Below are positions 46,028 to 56,758 of a stretch of 64,000 nt of DNA, piece by piece (the first letter of the stretch is position 1; each line of letters starts with the position of its first letter). The stretch comes from an uncultured bacterium (lineage in GTDB: Bacteria; Patescibacteriota; Minisyncoccia; UBA6257; 2-01-FULL-56-20). The notes beneath the pieces are model-generated. The model made no database searches. It was given only the letters and a program-made list of their open reading frames with translations, and was not told where the DNA came from. The position numbers and the translations under genes were made by a program. The stretch is from assembly GCA_963719425.1 (NCBI GenBank), contig OY970382.1, positions 321,246-385,245 on the forward strand, given 5' to 3'.

Positions 46028-47410
46028 ATGGAAGCAATCAGAATGACGCATCTGTCGCAAAATAAAGTTCATTTTATAGGTATCGGCGGTATCGGCATGA
46101 GCGCCTTGGCCCGCTATTTCCTTTCTGAAAAATGGGCTGTTTCGGGGTCGGATGTGACAAAAAGCCAGATCACCGATTCCCTTACAAAAGATGGCATAAA
46201 GCTCAAAATTGGGCATAAAAAGGGCCATTTGCCTCGCGGTGTGAACCTTGTGGTTGTGAATTTGGCCATACCAGCGAACAATCCGGAGTTGCGCGAGACG
46301 CGGCGGCGGGGCGTCCGGGTACTCACCTATCCGGAAGCCGTGGGGGAACTTACGGAACAGTACAAGACGATCGCCATTGCCGGTGCGCATGGCAAGAGCA
46401 CGACGACGGCGCTCGCAGCACTCACGCTCGTGCGCGGCGGGTTGGATCCGACAGTCATCGTTGGGACAAACCTCAGAGAGTTCGGCGGCGGCAAAAACGG
46501 CCGCAACTTCCGACGTGGGCGCGGCGAATATCTTGTCCTTGAGGCCGATGAATTCGGGAACGCGTTCTTGCGCTACTCCCCTTTCATAGCCATCGTCACG
46601 AACATTGACCGCGAGCACTTGGATACACATAAGGATCTCGCGGGTGTCAAAAAAGCGTTCCTCGGCTTTACAAAAAACGTCGCAAGCGGCGGAACGCTTA
46701 TCCTAAATCACGACGACAAAAATATTGTTTCTCTGAAATCGCCCATTGCGCGGATTGCGCAGCAAAAGAATGTACGCATGATTTGGTTTTCGCTCCATGA
46801 TCCAGACGCGAAGAAAATAAAACGTGCGATAAAAATTTCTGGCGTGCACAATATTTCAAATGCGCTTGCGGTTTATAAACTTGGGAAAGTACTCGGCATT
46901 CAGGAAAAGAAAGTGCTCGCCGCGATCGGTGCGTACCGCGGCGCATGGCGGCGAATGGAATACCGCGGGAGGTTCGGCGGCAAAGACGCCCGGCGCGGCG
47001 CGCTCGTCTACGACGACTACGCGCATCACCCAACGGAGATCAAAGCAACGCTCAAAGCGTTCCATGAAAAATATCCGCATAAAAAAATCCTCTGTGTCTT
47101 TCAGCCACATCAGGCAAAAAGACTCGCGGCGCTCTTCAAGGAATTCACAACTGCCTTTGCCGCCGCCGACAAAACACTCCTCCTCCCTATTTATAAAGTG
47201 GCGGGCCGCGACGAGAAGCCAAGCCGGTTTGATTCCGCAGCGCTTGCCCGCACAATCCAAAAGCGCGAACCCCGAAAGCCATTTTTCTACCTCGCGAATC
47301 CGCGCAACCTCAAAAAGGCCATCCGTACGCTTACCACTCCCCTCTCGCAGTACATCATCGTCATGATGGGCGCCGGGGATATCGTAAAACTTACTGACCT
47401 GCTCATATAG
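46028..47410 (+). CDS. murC: UDP-N-acetylmuramate--L-alanine ligase
   Basis: FIGIGGIGMSALA N-terminus, GAHGKSTTTAL P-loop, Mur ligase C-terminal domain. Confidence 0.9.
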   Translation: MEAIRMTHLSQNKVHFIGIGGIGMSALARYFLSEKWAVSGSDVTKSQITDSLTKDGIKLKIGHKKGHLPRGVNLVVVNLAIPANNPELRETRRRGVRVLTYPEAVGELTEQYKTIAIAGAHGKSTTTALAALTLVRGGLDPTVIVGTNLREFGGGKNGRNFRRGRGEYLVLEADEFGNAFLRYSPFIAIVTNIDREHLDTHKDLAGVKKAFLGFTKNVASGGTLILNHDDKNIVSLKSPIARIAQQKNVRMIWFSLHDPDAKKIKRAIKISGVHNISNALAVYKLGKVLGIQEKKVLAAIGAYRGAWRRMEYRGRFGGKDARRGALVYDDYAHHPTEIKATLKAFHEKYPHKKILCVFQPHQAKRLAALFKEFTTAFAAADKTLLLPIYKVAGRDEKPSRFDSAALARTIQKREPRKPFFYLANPRNLKKAIRTLTTPLSQYIIVMMGAGDIVKLTDLLI

Positions 47411-47416
47411 AAAGTG

Positions 47417-47450
47417 CAGGAGGTCCCCCGCAGAGCGAAAGGACCTCCTG
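47417..47450 (+). terminator. 10-bp perfect hairpin CAGGAGGTCC / GGACCTCCTG (14-nt loop) after murC; no U-tract
   Basis: Inverted repeat read directly 7 nt after the murC stop. Confidence 0.3.
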
Positions 47451-47614
47451 TGATACGCCGGTTCTACTACTAGAGGAAACCGTATTTTGTATTGCGATAG
47501 AATAGGTTCTAGTCTATAGGCATCACCTCCCTCTGAATTTATCATATCACAGCATATGGCGTACGCTCAATCAACCACCTTTTTGGAAGCGTAATTTTAG
47601 GGTATCATTGCTTC

Positions 47615-48397
47615 ATGTTCGGCGATTATAAGGACGTTAATGATTTCAAGGAAAAGTCCGGCTACACGATTGACGGCGTCTGGTACCCGCGCGTCACAAA
47701 GATCGTAACGATCAAATCAAAACCGGCGCTCTACCGCTATTACGGCGAGGCCGCGAGCTACAAAGCCGCGCAGGATATCACGGAGCAATCGGCAAAGGAA
47801 GGCACGATGATCCACGAGGCGGTGGAGGGGTTGCTGCTCGGAAAAAATCCGGAGATCCCGGCCGAGATCGCGCCCGCGGTGAAATCGTTCCAGGAATTCT
47901 TCGCCGCAAACAACATAGAGGTGTCGCCCGAGCTCGTGGAGCGACGCATCGTGAACTACGACCATCGCTACGCGGGCACGGTGGATGCGGTGGCGCTCAT
48001 CGGCGGGCGGCTCGGCGTCCTGGACATCAAGACCTCGCAGGCCATCTATCGCGACTATTGCCTGCAGACCTCCGCGTACATGGACGCCTTGAAATCCCAA
48101 TTCAGAAATCTGCAGACGCGGTGGATCCTGCGCATTGATCAGATCCAGAAGTGCATGCGGTGCGGTGCCGTGCGGCGCGTGAAGGGCGGCCGCGAAAAAG
48201 TGCGCGTTGATTGGAAGAACGGCAACGGCCGCGCGGCGGCCCAGCGGACCTGCGATCACGATTGGGGTCCGCTCATGGGCGAGATAGAACTCAAGGAATT
48301 CCCCTACTGGCAGAACGACTTTGAAGCCTTCCTGGGCGCCAAAAAACTCTGGGAGTGGGAGAATGACTTCTGGTTGAAGAAAGTGGGATATTTATGA
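47615..48397 (+). CDS. PD-(D/E)xK nuclease family protein (Cas4/RecB-like fold) with C-terminal Cys cluster
   Basis: GTVDAVALIGGRLGVLDIKTS...Y matches the D...(D/E)xK...Y core; C-terminal CMRCG...C cysteines. Confidence 0.5.
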   Translation: MFGDYKDVNDFKEKSGYTIDGVWYPRVTKIVTIKSKPALYRYYGEAASYKAAQDITEQSAKEGTMIHEAVEGLLLGKNPEIPAEIAPAVKSFQEFFAANNIEVSPELVERRIVNYDHRYAGTVDAVALIGGRLGVLDIKTSQAIYRDYCLQTSAYMDALKSQFRNLQTRWILRIDQIQKCMRCGAVRRVKGGREKVRVDWKNGNGRAAAQRTCDHDWGPLMGEIELKEFPYWQNDFEAFLGAKKLWEWENDFWLKKVGYL

Positions 48398-48519
48398 TTT
48401 CTATTTTATGAAAAATATATTAAGTACACCTTGACGGATACTTTATTATATGCTATTAAACTTATGCACAGGGTGAAATTGAATTAACGGGAAATTCAGC
48501 GTTACTATAATACTATAAC

Positions 48520-48558
48520 AAAAGCAGGCGTCGACCGATCGGTCTATGGCCTGCTTTT
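48520..48558. terminator. Bidirectional intrinsic terminator AAAAGCAGGC...GCCTGCTTTT with nested palindrome GACCGATCGGTC
   Basis: Stem flanked by A-run and T-run; lies between convergent genes and overlaps the DUF3800 stop codon. Confidence 0.6.
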
Positions 48559-49353
48559 AGTTTCATTATCTGAATTGTCAAATACTTCTGGTTCTTTCTG
48601 GCGCTCGGTCGGTTTGAAAATACTAACTTTAAATTTTTTCGTCAGAAACGACTCCTGAGACATTCCTTTCTTATCAATAAAAAAGGAGTCTTTTACCTTT
48701 AGTTGAGAGTGAAGAAATGTTAATGTTTTGGATTTTAAATTGTCACAGCTTTTAATGACTCCCTCGCGAAGTTTCAAATCATAAATGACCGCTCCTAACA
48801 ACAAATCGGTTAATTGTAATAGATCCGAAGCTTTTGAATTAATCTGTAAAAAGCAAGGGACAACCACCTTATTGTAGTGATCGTTCAAAATAGCACGCGT
48901 CGCGAGCTCAAGGTTTTCCCCTTCAGGATAAAAGTAGTCGTCAGCCACCACCGTGCATATCTCGTCCTCTGGGTTTATGTTGATTTTGAGCAAGCCAACG
49001 GTAAAGGACTTGTAGACCTTAACAAGATTATTTTCAAAATATTTTGCAAAATCGAGTTGTGATTTTCTAAGAATGGTGCAACTGAAAGTAGCGGAGCGAT
49101 TTGCAATGAAAGCGCCTATCATCGACTGGCACACGCCGAATTTGATTGGGCTCATTTTGTTCCATTTCATCTCTTCGTAAAAATGATTCTTGTCTCGTAT
49201 GGTACGCATTAGGCGTTGAAGTTCGTGAGGCCGTTCGGTCTTAATAATACCGAGGGCAAAAAAGCGATCGTCAGTTTTGTTCAAAAGACCCGTTTCATCA
49301 AGAAAAAAGATGGGGAATTTGAGGTCGCGATGACCTAATGCTTTTTCTATCAT
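48544..49353 (-). CDS. DUF3800 family protein
   Basis: N-terminal FPIFFLDETGLLNKTDDRFFALGII matches the DUF3800 signature (IDESG... then hydrophobic GG/GI); gene and flanks markedly AT-richer than surroundings. Confidence 0.55.
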   Translation of the reverse strand: MIEKALGHRDLKFPIFFLDETGLLNKTDDRFFALGIIKTERPHELQRLMRTIRDKNHFYEEMKWNKMSPIKFGVCQSMIGAFIANRSATFSCTILRKSQLDFAKYFENNLVKVYKSFTVGLLKININPEDEICTVVADDYFYPEGENLELATRAILNDHYNKVVVPCFLQINSKASDLLQLTDLLLGAVIYDLKLREGVIKSCDNLKSKTLTFLHSQLKVKDSFFIDKKGMSQESFLTKKFKVSIFKPTERQKEPEVFDNSDNETKSRP

Positions 49354-49448
49354 GTAATTAGCATAATCTTAGTATTTAGAAAATCAACCTAACTTTAATT
49401 TGCATTTAATCTTATCGAGTGTCTCTTTTTGAGTTCTCCGCCAAATAA

Positions 49449-51272
49449 TTATCCCCTCTCTGCCTTTTTCCGTTCGTTCTCTGTCAGATACTGCTTCCGG
49501 ATGCGGACGCTCTGAGGCGTCACCTCCACGAGCTCGTCGTCGCCGATGTAGTCCAGCGCATCCTCCAGTGATAGTGTAAGCGGGACTTCAAGCTGCGTGG
49601 CAAGCCCCTCGTTTTTCGCGCGGAAGTTCGTGAGCTGCTTCTCGCGCGCCACGTGGACATGTACATCGCCTTCTTTCGCGTTCTCTCCCGCCACCATGCC
49701 TTCGTAGACCGCGACGCCGGGACCGATGAAAAGCGTTCCCCGTCCCTGCGCAGTGACGAGTCCATAATTATTTGATTGGCCTGCTTGGGTGGCAACGATG
49801 GAGCCGTGCGGAATGGACGTAATGTCGCCTTTATATGGTTCATAGCCCAAAAAGAGCGAGTTCATAATGCCGGTGCCCTTCGTCGCAGTAAGGAACTTGT
49901 TGCGGATGCCGATGAGCCCGCGCGTAGGAATCTCAAAATCCATGAATGCGACGTGTTTATCATCCATGCGCATGTTTTTCATCTGGCCGAGGCGCTTGCC
50001 CATCATTTCAATCACGACGCCGGAATATTGTTCGGGCACTTCAATGGAAACAAGCTCCATCGGCTCCAGTTTTTTGCCGCCTTTCTCTTTGAAAATAACC
50101 TGGGGTTTGGAAACCTCAATTTCAAATCCTTCTCGGCGCATTTTTTCAATAAGGATGGCAAGGTGCAGCTCGCCGCGGCCTGCGACCTCCCATTGGCCGA
50201 CGCCGCTCTGGGTGCCGGCTGTGAGCGGCTTCACCTTCAGCGCCACGTCCGTTTCCAGTTCGTGCTCCAGGCGATCTTTGATGTTCCGCGAAGTCGTGAA
50301 TTTTCCTTCCCTGCCGCGGAAAGGCGACGTGTTCACGCCAAAGGTCATCTTGATCGTCGGTTCGTCAATTTCAATCGTAGGCAGTGGCATCGGATTATCG
50401 GGGTCAGTGATCGTTTCGCCGATCGTGATGTCGGGAATCCCTGCGATCGCCACAATATCCCCTGCTTCGGCCTGATCCACATCCACGCGGTTAAGCCCAT
50501 CAAAGACCATCACGGACGTGAGCACTTCTTTCTTGATCTCGCCCGAGCGCGTCACATGTGCCACGATTGCTGCCTTCTTGAGTGTGCCGGAATATAAGCG
50601 GCCGACGGCAATCTTTCCTTTATAGTTGTCGTACGCGAGGTTCACGGTGAGCATCTGCAAGACATTCGTCTCGCTCCTTTTTGGTGCCGGAATGTATTTC
50701 ACGATCGTCTCAAAAACCGATTTAATGTTTTTCATCAGAGCAAGGTCCTTTGTAAAGCCCGCTTTCCCCTCACGCGCGGCGGCATAGATCACGGGAAATT
50801 CAATCTGCTCCTCCGTAGCGTCCAATTCAAAAAAGAGGTCGTAGGTAGCGTTCAATGCCCACTCGGGCCGCGCATCCGGCTTGTCCATCTTATTAATCAC
50901 CACGATGATTTTGTGCCCGGCCTGAATCGCCTTGCGTAGCACGAACTTCGTCTGCGGCATTGGGCCCTCTTTCGCGTCCACAAGCAGGAGCACGCCGTCC
51001 ACCATGCGCATGATGCGCTCCACCTCGCCGCCGAAGTCCGCGTGGCCCGGTGTGTCCACGATGTTTATCTTCACATCTTTGTAGCGCACCGCCGCGTTCT
51101 TGGAAAAGATGGTAATCCCTCGCTCACGCTCCAGCTCATTCGTATCCATAATAAGCTCGCTCACCGCCCCTGTCTTCAACTTAAAATTCGCCGACTGCTT
51201 CAAGAGCGCGTCAACGAGCGTCGTCTTCCCGTGGTCCACATGGGCAATGATGGCGATGTTTCTGAGTTCCAT
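49449..51272 (-). CDS. typA: Translational GTPase TypA/BipA
   Basis: [16 protein letters not shown]1, DTPGHADF G3, NKMD G4; ~607 aa with EF-G-like domains. Confidence 0.9.
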   Translation of the reverse strand: MELRNIAIIAHVDHGKTTLVDALLKQSANFKLKTGAVSELIMDTNELERERGITIFSKNAAVRYKDVKINIVDTPGHADFGGEVERIMRMVDGVLLLVDAKEGPMPQTKFVLRKAIQAGHKIIVVINKMDKPDARPEWALNATYDLFFELDATEEQIEFPVIYAAAREGKAGFTKDLALMKNIKSVFETIVKYIPAPKRSETNVLQMLTVNLAYDNYKGKIAVGRLYSGTLKKAAIVAHVTRSGEIKKEVLTSVMVFDGLNRVDVDQAEAGDIVAIAGIPDITIGETITDPDNPMPLPTIEIDEPTIKMTFGVNTSPFRGREGKFTTSRNIKDRLEHELETDVALKVKPLTAGTQSGVGQWEVAGRGELHLAILIEKMRREGFEIEVSKPQVIFKEKGGKKLEPMELVSIEVPEQYSGVVIEMMGKRLGQMKNMRMDDKHVAFMDFEIPTRGLIGIRNKFLTATKGTGIMNSLFLGYEPYKGDITSIPHGSIVATQAGQSNNYGLVTAQGRGTLFIGPGVAVYEGMVAGENAKEGDVHVHVAREKQLTNFRAKNEGLATQLEVPLTLSLEDALDYIGDDELVEVTPQSVRIRKQYLTENERKKAERG

Positions 51273-51408
51273 GACGACTCATTATAGGCGCTTTCTATAT
51301 TTTTAGAAAGGTTGTATAATGCGGGTAGTCAATTTGAGATATTCTCCATACGCTCCTTGATAGCCGAATCTGTTTTGTTTTCAAAGGCCGTCAAATTGCA
51401 TAAATTTC

Positions 51409-52305
51409 ATGAAAAAATTATTTATTACTTTGTTTTTCGTGGTTGCAATCGCGAGCTTTGGAGGAATTGCACATGCCGACAATACGCTCACGCCGGCCCA
51501 GGCAGCTCTAATGCAACAAACGCTCAATACGATGAAGGCGGAGCTGAGCGAGCTCCAAGCCCAGGCTGCGGCGCAAATGGGTACGAGAGCTCCGGCGCCG
51601 ACTCCTGCCGTCCTCGGATCTTCGCTTACACCGGGAGACACAGTGTCGCTTGCGAACGCGCTTTCTGCGCTTTCCACGGCGCTCACAGGTCTTCAATCAA
51701 ACTTGGCGAGCAATCCGCAAATCATCGCAGGCCATGAAGGGGCCATCCTCTCCACGCTGAAAGGTGTGGGTACCACGCTCGCAATGATTGGGGCAACGCT
51801 CGCGGGGAACCCAAGCGCCGCTCCGCTCGCGGTTTCGTCACCGTCACCGTCCGCCGTAGCTGCCGCGCCCGTTCCACAAACACAGTCACAGGCACAAATG
51901 CCCGCGCCAGCTCCCGCACCGGAAACCCCCACCCAGATGACGCCGCAAACATCAGGGGCCACGAATCCCGAAAGCGCAGCGCCGCAGACCGCACAGGTGG
52001 GAACGACCTGGTCGTTCTGGAACTTAAACTGGCCGCTCATCGGCGTGATTGCACTTGTGGTTGTCGCAGTGCTTGCATGGCTCTTCTGGCCAGGTGGTGA
52101 AAATGAAGAGGAAGAAATGAAAGAGAAAGGCTCGCCCGCTCCCGCACCTGCCATCACCCTTACGAGCATCGCAAAGCCAGTGGGATCCCCGTCGGCGCCA
52201 ATCGCAACCAGCGCTGTAGCGACGCCCCTCGGAGCATCCACCGGAAAATCACCCCAACCCCCGCAACAGCAGCAACAGCCGCATCAGCAAAGGAAGCCCG
52301 CATAA
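51409..52305 (+). CDS. Secreted Ala/Pro/Gln-rich low-complexity protein with signal peptide and C-terminal TM segment
   Basis: MKKLFITLFFVVAIASFGGIAHA signal; PAPAPAP and QQQQQP tracts; hydrophobic WPLIGVIALVVVAVLAWLFW. Confidence 0.5.
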   Translation: MKKLFITLFFVVAIASFGGIAHADNTLTPAQAALMQQTLNTMKAELSELQAQAAAQMGTRAPAPTPAVLGSSLTPGDTVSLANALSALSTALTGLQSNLASNPQIIAGHEGAILSTLKGVGTTLAMIGATLAGNPSAAPLAVSSPSPSAVAAAPVPQTQSQAQMPAPAPAPETPTQMTPQTSGATNPESAAPQTAQVGTTWSFWNLNWPLIGVIALVVVAVLAWLFWPGGENEEEEMKEKGSPAPAPAITLTSIAKPVGSPSAPIATSAVATPLGASTGKSPQPPQQQQQPHQQRKPA

Positions 52306-52536
52306 CGCGGGTTTTCCTTTATTTTGAGGATGTGCCGGAGGATGTAGGATGGACACACATTTCAATGACGATAGGCGCATGATTGAACTCCCGATTCGCA
52401 AGATACCCAAGCCCGAAACTCAAAGAGGACGCGAGAAAAATGATCGCGCCAAACATGGCTTCCTTTTTATGAAGCCCAAGCCAGCATTTCAATTTTTGCA
52501 CAGGGCAATGATACCACGCCGCCCATTAAAACATTT

Positions 52537-53256
52537 TTAAAAACTCAGATACTGTTCCCACTTCGCATAGAGCTCGCGGGTCGCGCGGAGATCTCCCACA
52601 TTGTACCGCGCGATTTCTAAAAACTTTTTCTTTTTGAAGAGCGGCCCTACGTCGTCGCCTGTCACCCCTCCGGACTTCGGACTTGGAATGCCGAACGCGC
52701 GCGACCACAAATGCAGACTCCCCTTCCGCCGCGTCGCGCCATAGAATGAAAACTGTTCCGCAAGGTCAATATGTAATGCCTCGGGATTATTTTGGTACAG
52801 ATAACGCCCCCGCATGAGATCCTTCGTCGGCTTCACCCCTTTGATCGCGGAACGGATCATCAAAAACGGCACGTCAAATGCGCGGCCATTGAAGGTAATG
52901 AATACTTGATAGCGCGTGGCGAGCTCCCAGAACTTCCGGAGCATTTCTTCTTCCTCCATCTGCTTGAACGAGATGCCGCCCTCTTTTATCTCTTCGTTGC
53001 GCTCGCCTGGCGCCTGATAATATACCCCACCTTCGTTCTTGTGATAGTCCAAAAGGCCGATCGCGACGATCTCTCCCGTCAAAGGCGAAAATCCGAGGCC
53101 GTTCTTCAGTTCTGTGAGCGCATGCTTATATTCCTCCTCGTTTTCGGAGTCCTTTTTGATCCAACGGGTCAGATTTTCCTGCGTTGCGCGATCAAGCTTT
53201 TCAAACTCCTCCCCTAGCGTTTCTATGTCCAAAATCAACTTGTTTGTTCGCGTCAT
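52537..53256 (-). CDS. Predicted 3'-5' exonuclease, RNase H-like (PolB-exonuclease-related, COG3298-like)
   Basis: LILDIETLG acidic motif I near the N-terminus and ITFNGRAFDVPFL motif II; ~240 aa. Confidence 0.55.
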   Translation of the reverse strand: MTRTNKLILDIETLGEEFEKLDRATQENLTRWIKKDSENEEEYKHALTELKNGLGFSPLTGEIVAIGLLDYHKNEGGVYYQAPGERNEEIKEGGISFKQMEEEEMLRKFWELATRYQVFITFNGRAFDVPFLMIRSAIKGVKPTKDLMRGRYLYQNNPEALHIDLAEQFSFYGATRRKGSLHLWSRAFGIPSPKSGGVTGDDVGPLFKKKKFLEIARYNVGDLRATRELYAKWEQYLSF

Positions 53257-53285
53257 AGTTTAGGTCATCTGCCACGGCGGACCGG

Positions 53286-53314
53286 TTGACATTACGGTAA
53301 TGGTACCATAGAAT
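53286..53314 (+). promoter_or_regulatory. Sigma-70-like promoter TTGACA-N17-TAGAAT for rpmA
   Basis: Hexamers read directly, 10 nt upstream of the rpmA ATG region. Confidence 0.45.
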
Positions 53315-53324
53315 AGAGAACACT

Positions 53325-53597
53325 ATGGCACATACGAAAGCCCTCGGTTCAACCAAATTGGGCCGCGATTCCGTCGCGAAGCGGCTCGGCGTGAAAATCA
53401 ACAACGGCCAAAAAGCGGCGGTCGGGCAAATTATCGTCCGCCAGCGCGGCACGAAGTACGTGCCGGGCGCGAACGTCATTCGTGCGGAGGACGACACGCT
53501 CTACGCTGGAAAGAACGGCGTCGTGAAATTCCTCACAAAGATGAAAACGAACTTTGACGGCTCGCGGAAAAAAGCGACATTCGTCGCCGTGCAGTAA
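53325..53597 (+). CDS. rpmA: 50S ribosomal protein L27
   Basis: [24 protein letters not shown]...[16 protein letters not shown] matches the L27 consensus. Confidence 0.9.
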   Translation: MAHTKALGSTKLGRDSVAKRLGVKINNGQKAAVGQIIVRQRGTKYVPGANVIRAEDDTLYAGKNGVVKFLTKMKTNFDGSRKKATFVAVQ

Positions 53598-53639
53598 CGT
53601 ACCGTAACGCACGGTAACGTGCCGCAGCGCAAAGCCCGC

Positions 53640-54092
53640 TTAGTGCACGGCCTTTTTTACCACTATGGTCGTGTCCGCCATGATGCCTTTTTTGAAATCA
53701 ATCGTGATCGCATACTCCCCTGCTTCTTTGAGCGGGTGCGCGAGATTAATGTCCACGCGCTCCTTCCCGATCAGCCCGTGTTCGCGGAGCGCCTTGAGGA
53801 TGGATTCTTTGTTGACGGAACCGAAGACGGCGCCGGATTTGTCGGCGGCGAGTTCAAATTCCAATTTTGTACCTGCGATCTTCCGCGCGATTTCCGCAAG
53901 GTGCATATGGAGTTCGCGGTCATTTCTCTCATATGCCACCTTTTGCGCCTCAAGTTTTTTGAGCGCGGCGGGCGTCGCCGGTTCGGCAAGTTTGTTTACG
54001 AAAAGAAAGTTCCGGGCGTAGCCGCCACTCACTTCTTTCACTTCGTATTTTTTGCCGACGCTGCGGACATCTTCAAGAAGGATCACTTTCAT
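53640..54092 (-). CDS. rplI: 50S ribosomal protein L9
   Basis: [31 protein letters not shown]-terminal domain typical of L9; ~150 aa. Confidence 0.85.
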   Translation of the reverse strand: MKVILLEDVRSVGKKYEVKEVSGGYARNFLFVNKLAEPATPAALKKLEAQKVAYERNDRELHMHLAEIARKIAGTKLEFELAADKSGAVFGSVNKESILKALREHGLIGKERVDINLAHPLKEAGEYAITIDFKKGIMADTTIVVKKAVH

Positions 54093-54100
54093 GAGCCGTT

Positions 54101-55339
54101 TTATTGGATTTCCTGTTGCAGCACCTGTATCGCTTTATCAAGCTGGGGATCGCGGCCGTTTGCGATGTCGTCGTCGGAACGCGCTACGGCGTAATCCGGC
54201 GCGATGCCCTCGTGGTCAATGATTTTTCCCGAAGGCAGCACCCAATGAGCCACCGTGAGCTTGATCGCGGAACCGTCGGGGAGCGGCTCAAGTTCCTGTA
54301 CGGTTCCCTTCCCGAAGCTCGTTTCTCCCACGAGCGGCACATGCCGGTCGTCGTGAAGCGCGCCTGCAAGAATCTCCGCCGCGGACGCCGAACCGTCATT
54401 GATAAGCACGGCGATCGGGAAATTTGAGAGGGTGCCGTCGCCCTGCGCCGTGTAATCCTGCTCCGGCACCGCGCGGCCCACTTCTTTCACCACGAGCGAA
54501 CCGGGCTTCAGGAAATATCCCGCAATGTCAACCGCGACTTCAAGATACCCGCCGGGATCGTCGCGGAGATCAAGTACAAACCCCTTTGCATTCAGGGCGA
54601 GCGCTTTGACGAGCGCTTGGTAAAAAAGGAAGTCGGCGTCCTCGGTGAACTCGCTCAACGTGATGTGCGCGATATCGCCTTTCATTTCAAATTCCACGTT
54701 CGGAACTTGAATGTTCGTCCGCGTTATCTTGAAATCTTTCGGCGCGCTCCAACCCGTCCGCAATATGCTCAAGGTGACGGTGGTTCCTTCCGGCCCGCGG
54801 ATCAAGTTCACTGCGTCATCTACCATCATGCCGCTCGTGGATGTCGCGTCAACGGCGACGATCCAGTCCTTTGGTTTCAACCCAGCCTTCTCCGCCGGCG
54901 TACCCTTGAGCGGCGCTACCACCACGATGTGGCCGTCCACGTCCGTGCCGAGCTGCGCGCCGATGCCCCCGAAGTCGCCCGTGATGTTTTCCTGAAACTG
55001 CCGGTTGCTTTGCGGCGTGAAAAATTCCGAATACGGATCGTTCAGCGAATTCACGAGGCCGCTCACCGCGCCGTAGAGTTTCCCCTCGTTGGTCGTGCTT
55101 CCGTTCTGGAGATAGTTATCGTTGATGGTCTGCCACGCCTGCCAGAACAAGCTGAAGTCGGCAGCGCTCATGCCCGTGGACGACGGTGGCATGAGATCGC
55201 TCGCGCCGGTCACCACGACGGTCGGCTGCGGAATTTTTTTCTCTGCGTTCCAGCCGAGGAAAAAACCGCTCCCAAGGAGCGTAAAACCTAGGATGGCGGC
55301 AATCCCTATTTCCAATATTTTTTTGCCCACGCTGCGCAT
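54101..55339 (-). CDS. ctpA: Carboxyl-terminal processing peptidase (S41, tail-specific protease) with PDZ domain
   Basis: PDZ region GIGAQLGTD...[25 protein letters not shown]; S41 motifs [12 protein letters not shown] and TSFGKGTVQ. Confidence 0.85.
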   Translation of the reverse strand: MRSVGKKILEIGIAAILGFTLLGSGFFLGWNAEKKIPQPTVVVTGASDLMPPSSTGMSAADFSLFWQAWQTINDNYLQNGSTTNEGKLYGAVSGLVNSLNDPYSEFFTPQSNRQFQENITGDFGGIGAQLGTDVDGHIVVVAPLKGTPAEKAGLKPKDWIVAVDATSTSGMMVDDAVNLIRGPEGTTVTLSILRTGWSAPKDFKITRTNIQVPNVEFEMKGDIAHITLSEFTEDADFLFYQALVKALALNAKGFVLDLRDDPGGYLEVAVDIAGYFLKPGSLVVKEVGRAVPEQDYTAQGDGTLSNFPIAVLINDGSASAAEILAGALHDDRHVPLVGETSFGKGTVQELEPLPDGSAIKLTVAHWVLPSGKIIDHEGIAPDYAVARSDDDIANGRDPQLDKAIQVLQQEIQ

Positions 55340-55345
55340 AGTACC

Positions 55346-55954
55346 CTAGATTATATCATATTTTGAAAACGGAAATTTCTGGAGGATGGCGTACTCGGCG
55401 CCATCGTGACGAAGCGTGGATTCCATAAGGTCCAAGCTTTCCACGGGAACGCGGATGCGGAGTGAACGCCCTAGAGGCGGTAGCGATACGCCGCGCATCT
55501 CGCCGTTAAATCGCGCAAGGGTAATGTGGCCGCCGAACGGTCTCGTTTCCCTCGTAAACGGCACCTGCTCCGCAACCAGCCGGCTTTCAAGAAACTCCTT
55601 CACGGCGGAAAGTTTTTGAGAGCTCTCCTCTGCCGCGCCGAGCCACAACATCCTCTTTGCGCTCCCGCGTGGCGGGCCGTACGTTACGGTATCAAAGATG
55701 ATTTCCTGCGCTGGAAATCGCTTCGCGGCAGCTTCCGCGGCGCGTATGATTTTGGGAAATTCGGCGTCGTCCTCGTAGCCCAAAAACGATATGGTGAGAT
55801 GCCAGTTCGCGGACGGTACGAGCCGGATCCGGCAGCGAAGGTCAGGCGCGAATTTCTTCTCCGCCACTTCGGACACTTTTACTATCTCTCGCCGCGCGGC
55901 ATCGGTGAGATTCACAGCAATAAAAAGCCGGTGGCGCATAATTACAGGATACAT
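55346..55954 (-). CDS. thpR: RNA 2',3'-cyclic phosphodiesterase (2H phosphoesterase, LigT/ThpR)
   Basis: Two HxT/S motifs: HLTISFLG and HITLARF; ~200 aa. Confidence 0.8.
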   Translation of the reverse strand: MYPVIMRHRLFIAVNLTDAARREIVKVSEVAEKKFAPDLRCRIRLVPSANWHLTISFLGYEDDAEFPKIIRAAEAAAKRFPAQEIIFDTVTYGPPRGSAKRMLWLGAAEESSQKLSAVKEFLESRLVAEQVPFTRETRPFGGHITLARFNGEMRGVSLPPLGRSLRIRVPVESLDLMESTLRHDGAEYAILQKFPFSKYDII

Positions 55955-55968
55955 TAAAATGGAATAAA

Positions 55969-56238
55969 ATGGTCAAGTCGCAATCGGCATACATAAAGGA
56001 ATTAAAGCGAAGAGCTGCCGCATCGCGCGTGTATCGGAAGCACCAGCTTCTGGGGCTTTTGATCGCGCAAACTTTGAAAGACGAAAGGCATAAATCGCTC
56101 TACATCAAACTCGCAAAAGAAAGGGGTGGCGAACGCCTCCTCACGCTCGCAAAGGAAATCGCGGAAAAAAGGAATGTGAAAAACCGGGGAGCGTACTTCA
56201 TGGCGCTCCTTAAGGGAAATTCCCATCATGGCAGGTGA
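55969..56238 (+). CDS. Hypothetical small basic protein
   Basis: 89-aa ORF ending 11 nt inside def; no recognisable domain. Confidence 0.35.
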   Translation: MVKSQSAYIKELKRRAAASRVYRKHQLLGLLIAQTLKDERHKSLYIKLAKERGGERLLTLAKEIAEKRNVKNRGAYFMALLKGNSHHGR

Positions 56239-56743
56239 AATCGTTGCGGTAGGCAATAAAAACAATGAAAAAATCCTGCGCAAAAAAGCGGTTGGTTTTG
56301 ACTTCAAGAAATTTACGAGGAAGGAAGTGAATGAACTCGTCGCCAAGATGCGCCGCGTTATGAAAACGGCGAACGGCATCGGTCTTTCCGCAAACCAGAT
56401 CGGCCTGCCCTATCGGATGTTCGTCGCCGAAGTTCCAGATATGCAGGGTGGAATGAAATTTTACGCCGTATTCAATCCGAAGATTGAAAAGGCGAGCGAG
56501 GAAACCGTCCCATATGAGGAAGGATGTTTGAGCGTGCCCGGCGTCTGGGGCGACGTCACGCGTCCGGCGAGAATCGTGGTGAGCGGTTTTGACAAGAACG
56601 GGAAGCCCACGAAAGTAAAAGCGTGGGGACTCCTCGCGCGAGTGTTCCAGCACGAGGTGGACCATCTGAACGGAAGACTTTTCACTGACCGGACGAAGAA
56701 GCTCCGCCATGCGCATGCGGAGAAAAAGGGCGCCGATGTTTAG
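56228..56743 (+). CDS. def: Peptide deformylase
   Basis: GIGLSANQIG, EGCLSVPG, HEVDHLNG motifs. Confidence 0.9.
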   Translation: MAGEIVAVGNKNNEKILRKKAVGFDFKKFTRKEVNELVAKMRRVMKTANGIGLSANQIGLPYRMFVAEVPDMQGGMKFYAVFNPKIEKASEETVPYEEGCLSVPGVWGDVTRPARIVVSGFDKNGKPTKVKAWGLLARVFQHEVDHLNGRLFTDRTKKLRHAHAEKKGADV

Positions 56744-56758
56744 CGTCTCCGGTATCCA

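Noticed and set aside
53598-53640. Short direct repeats CCGTAACG / CGGTAACG after rpmA
   Set aside because: Only two imperfect 8-nt copies overlapping the rplI 3' end; no evidence of function beyond chance.
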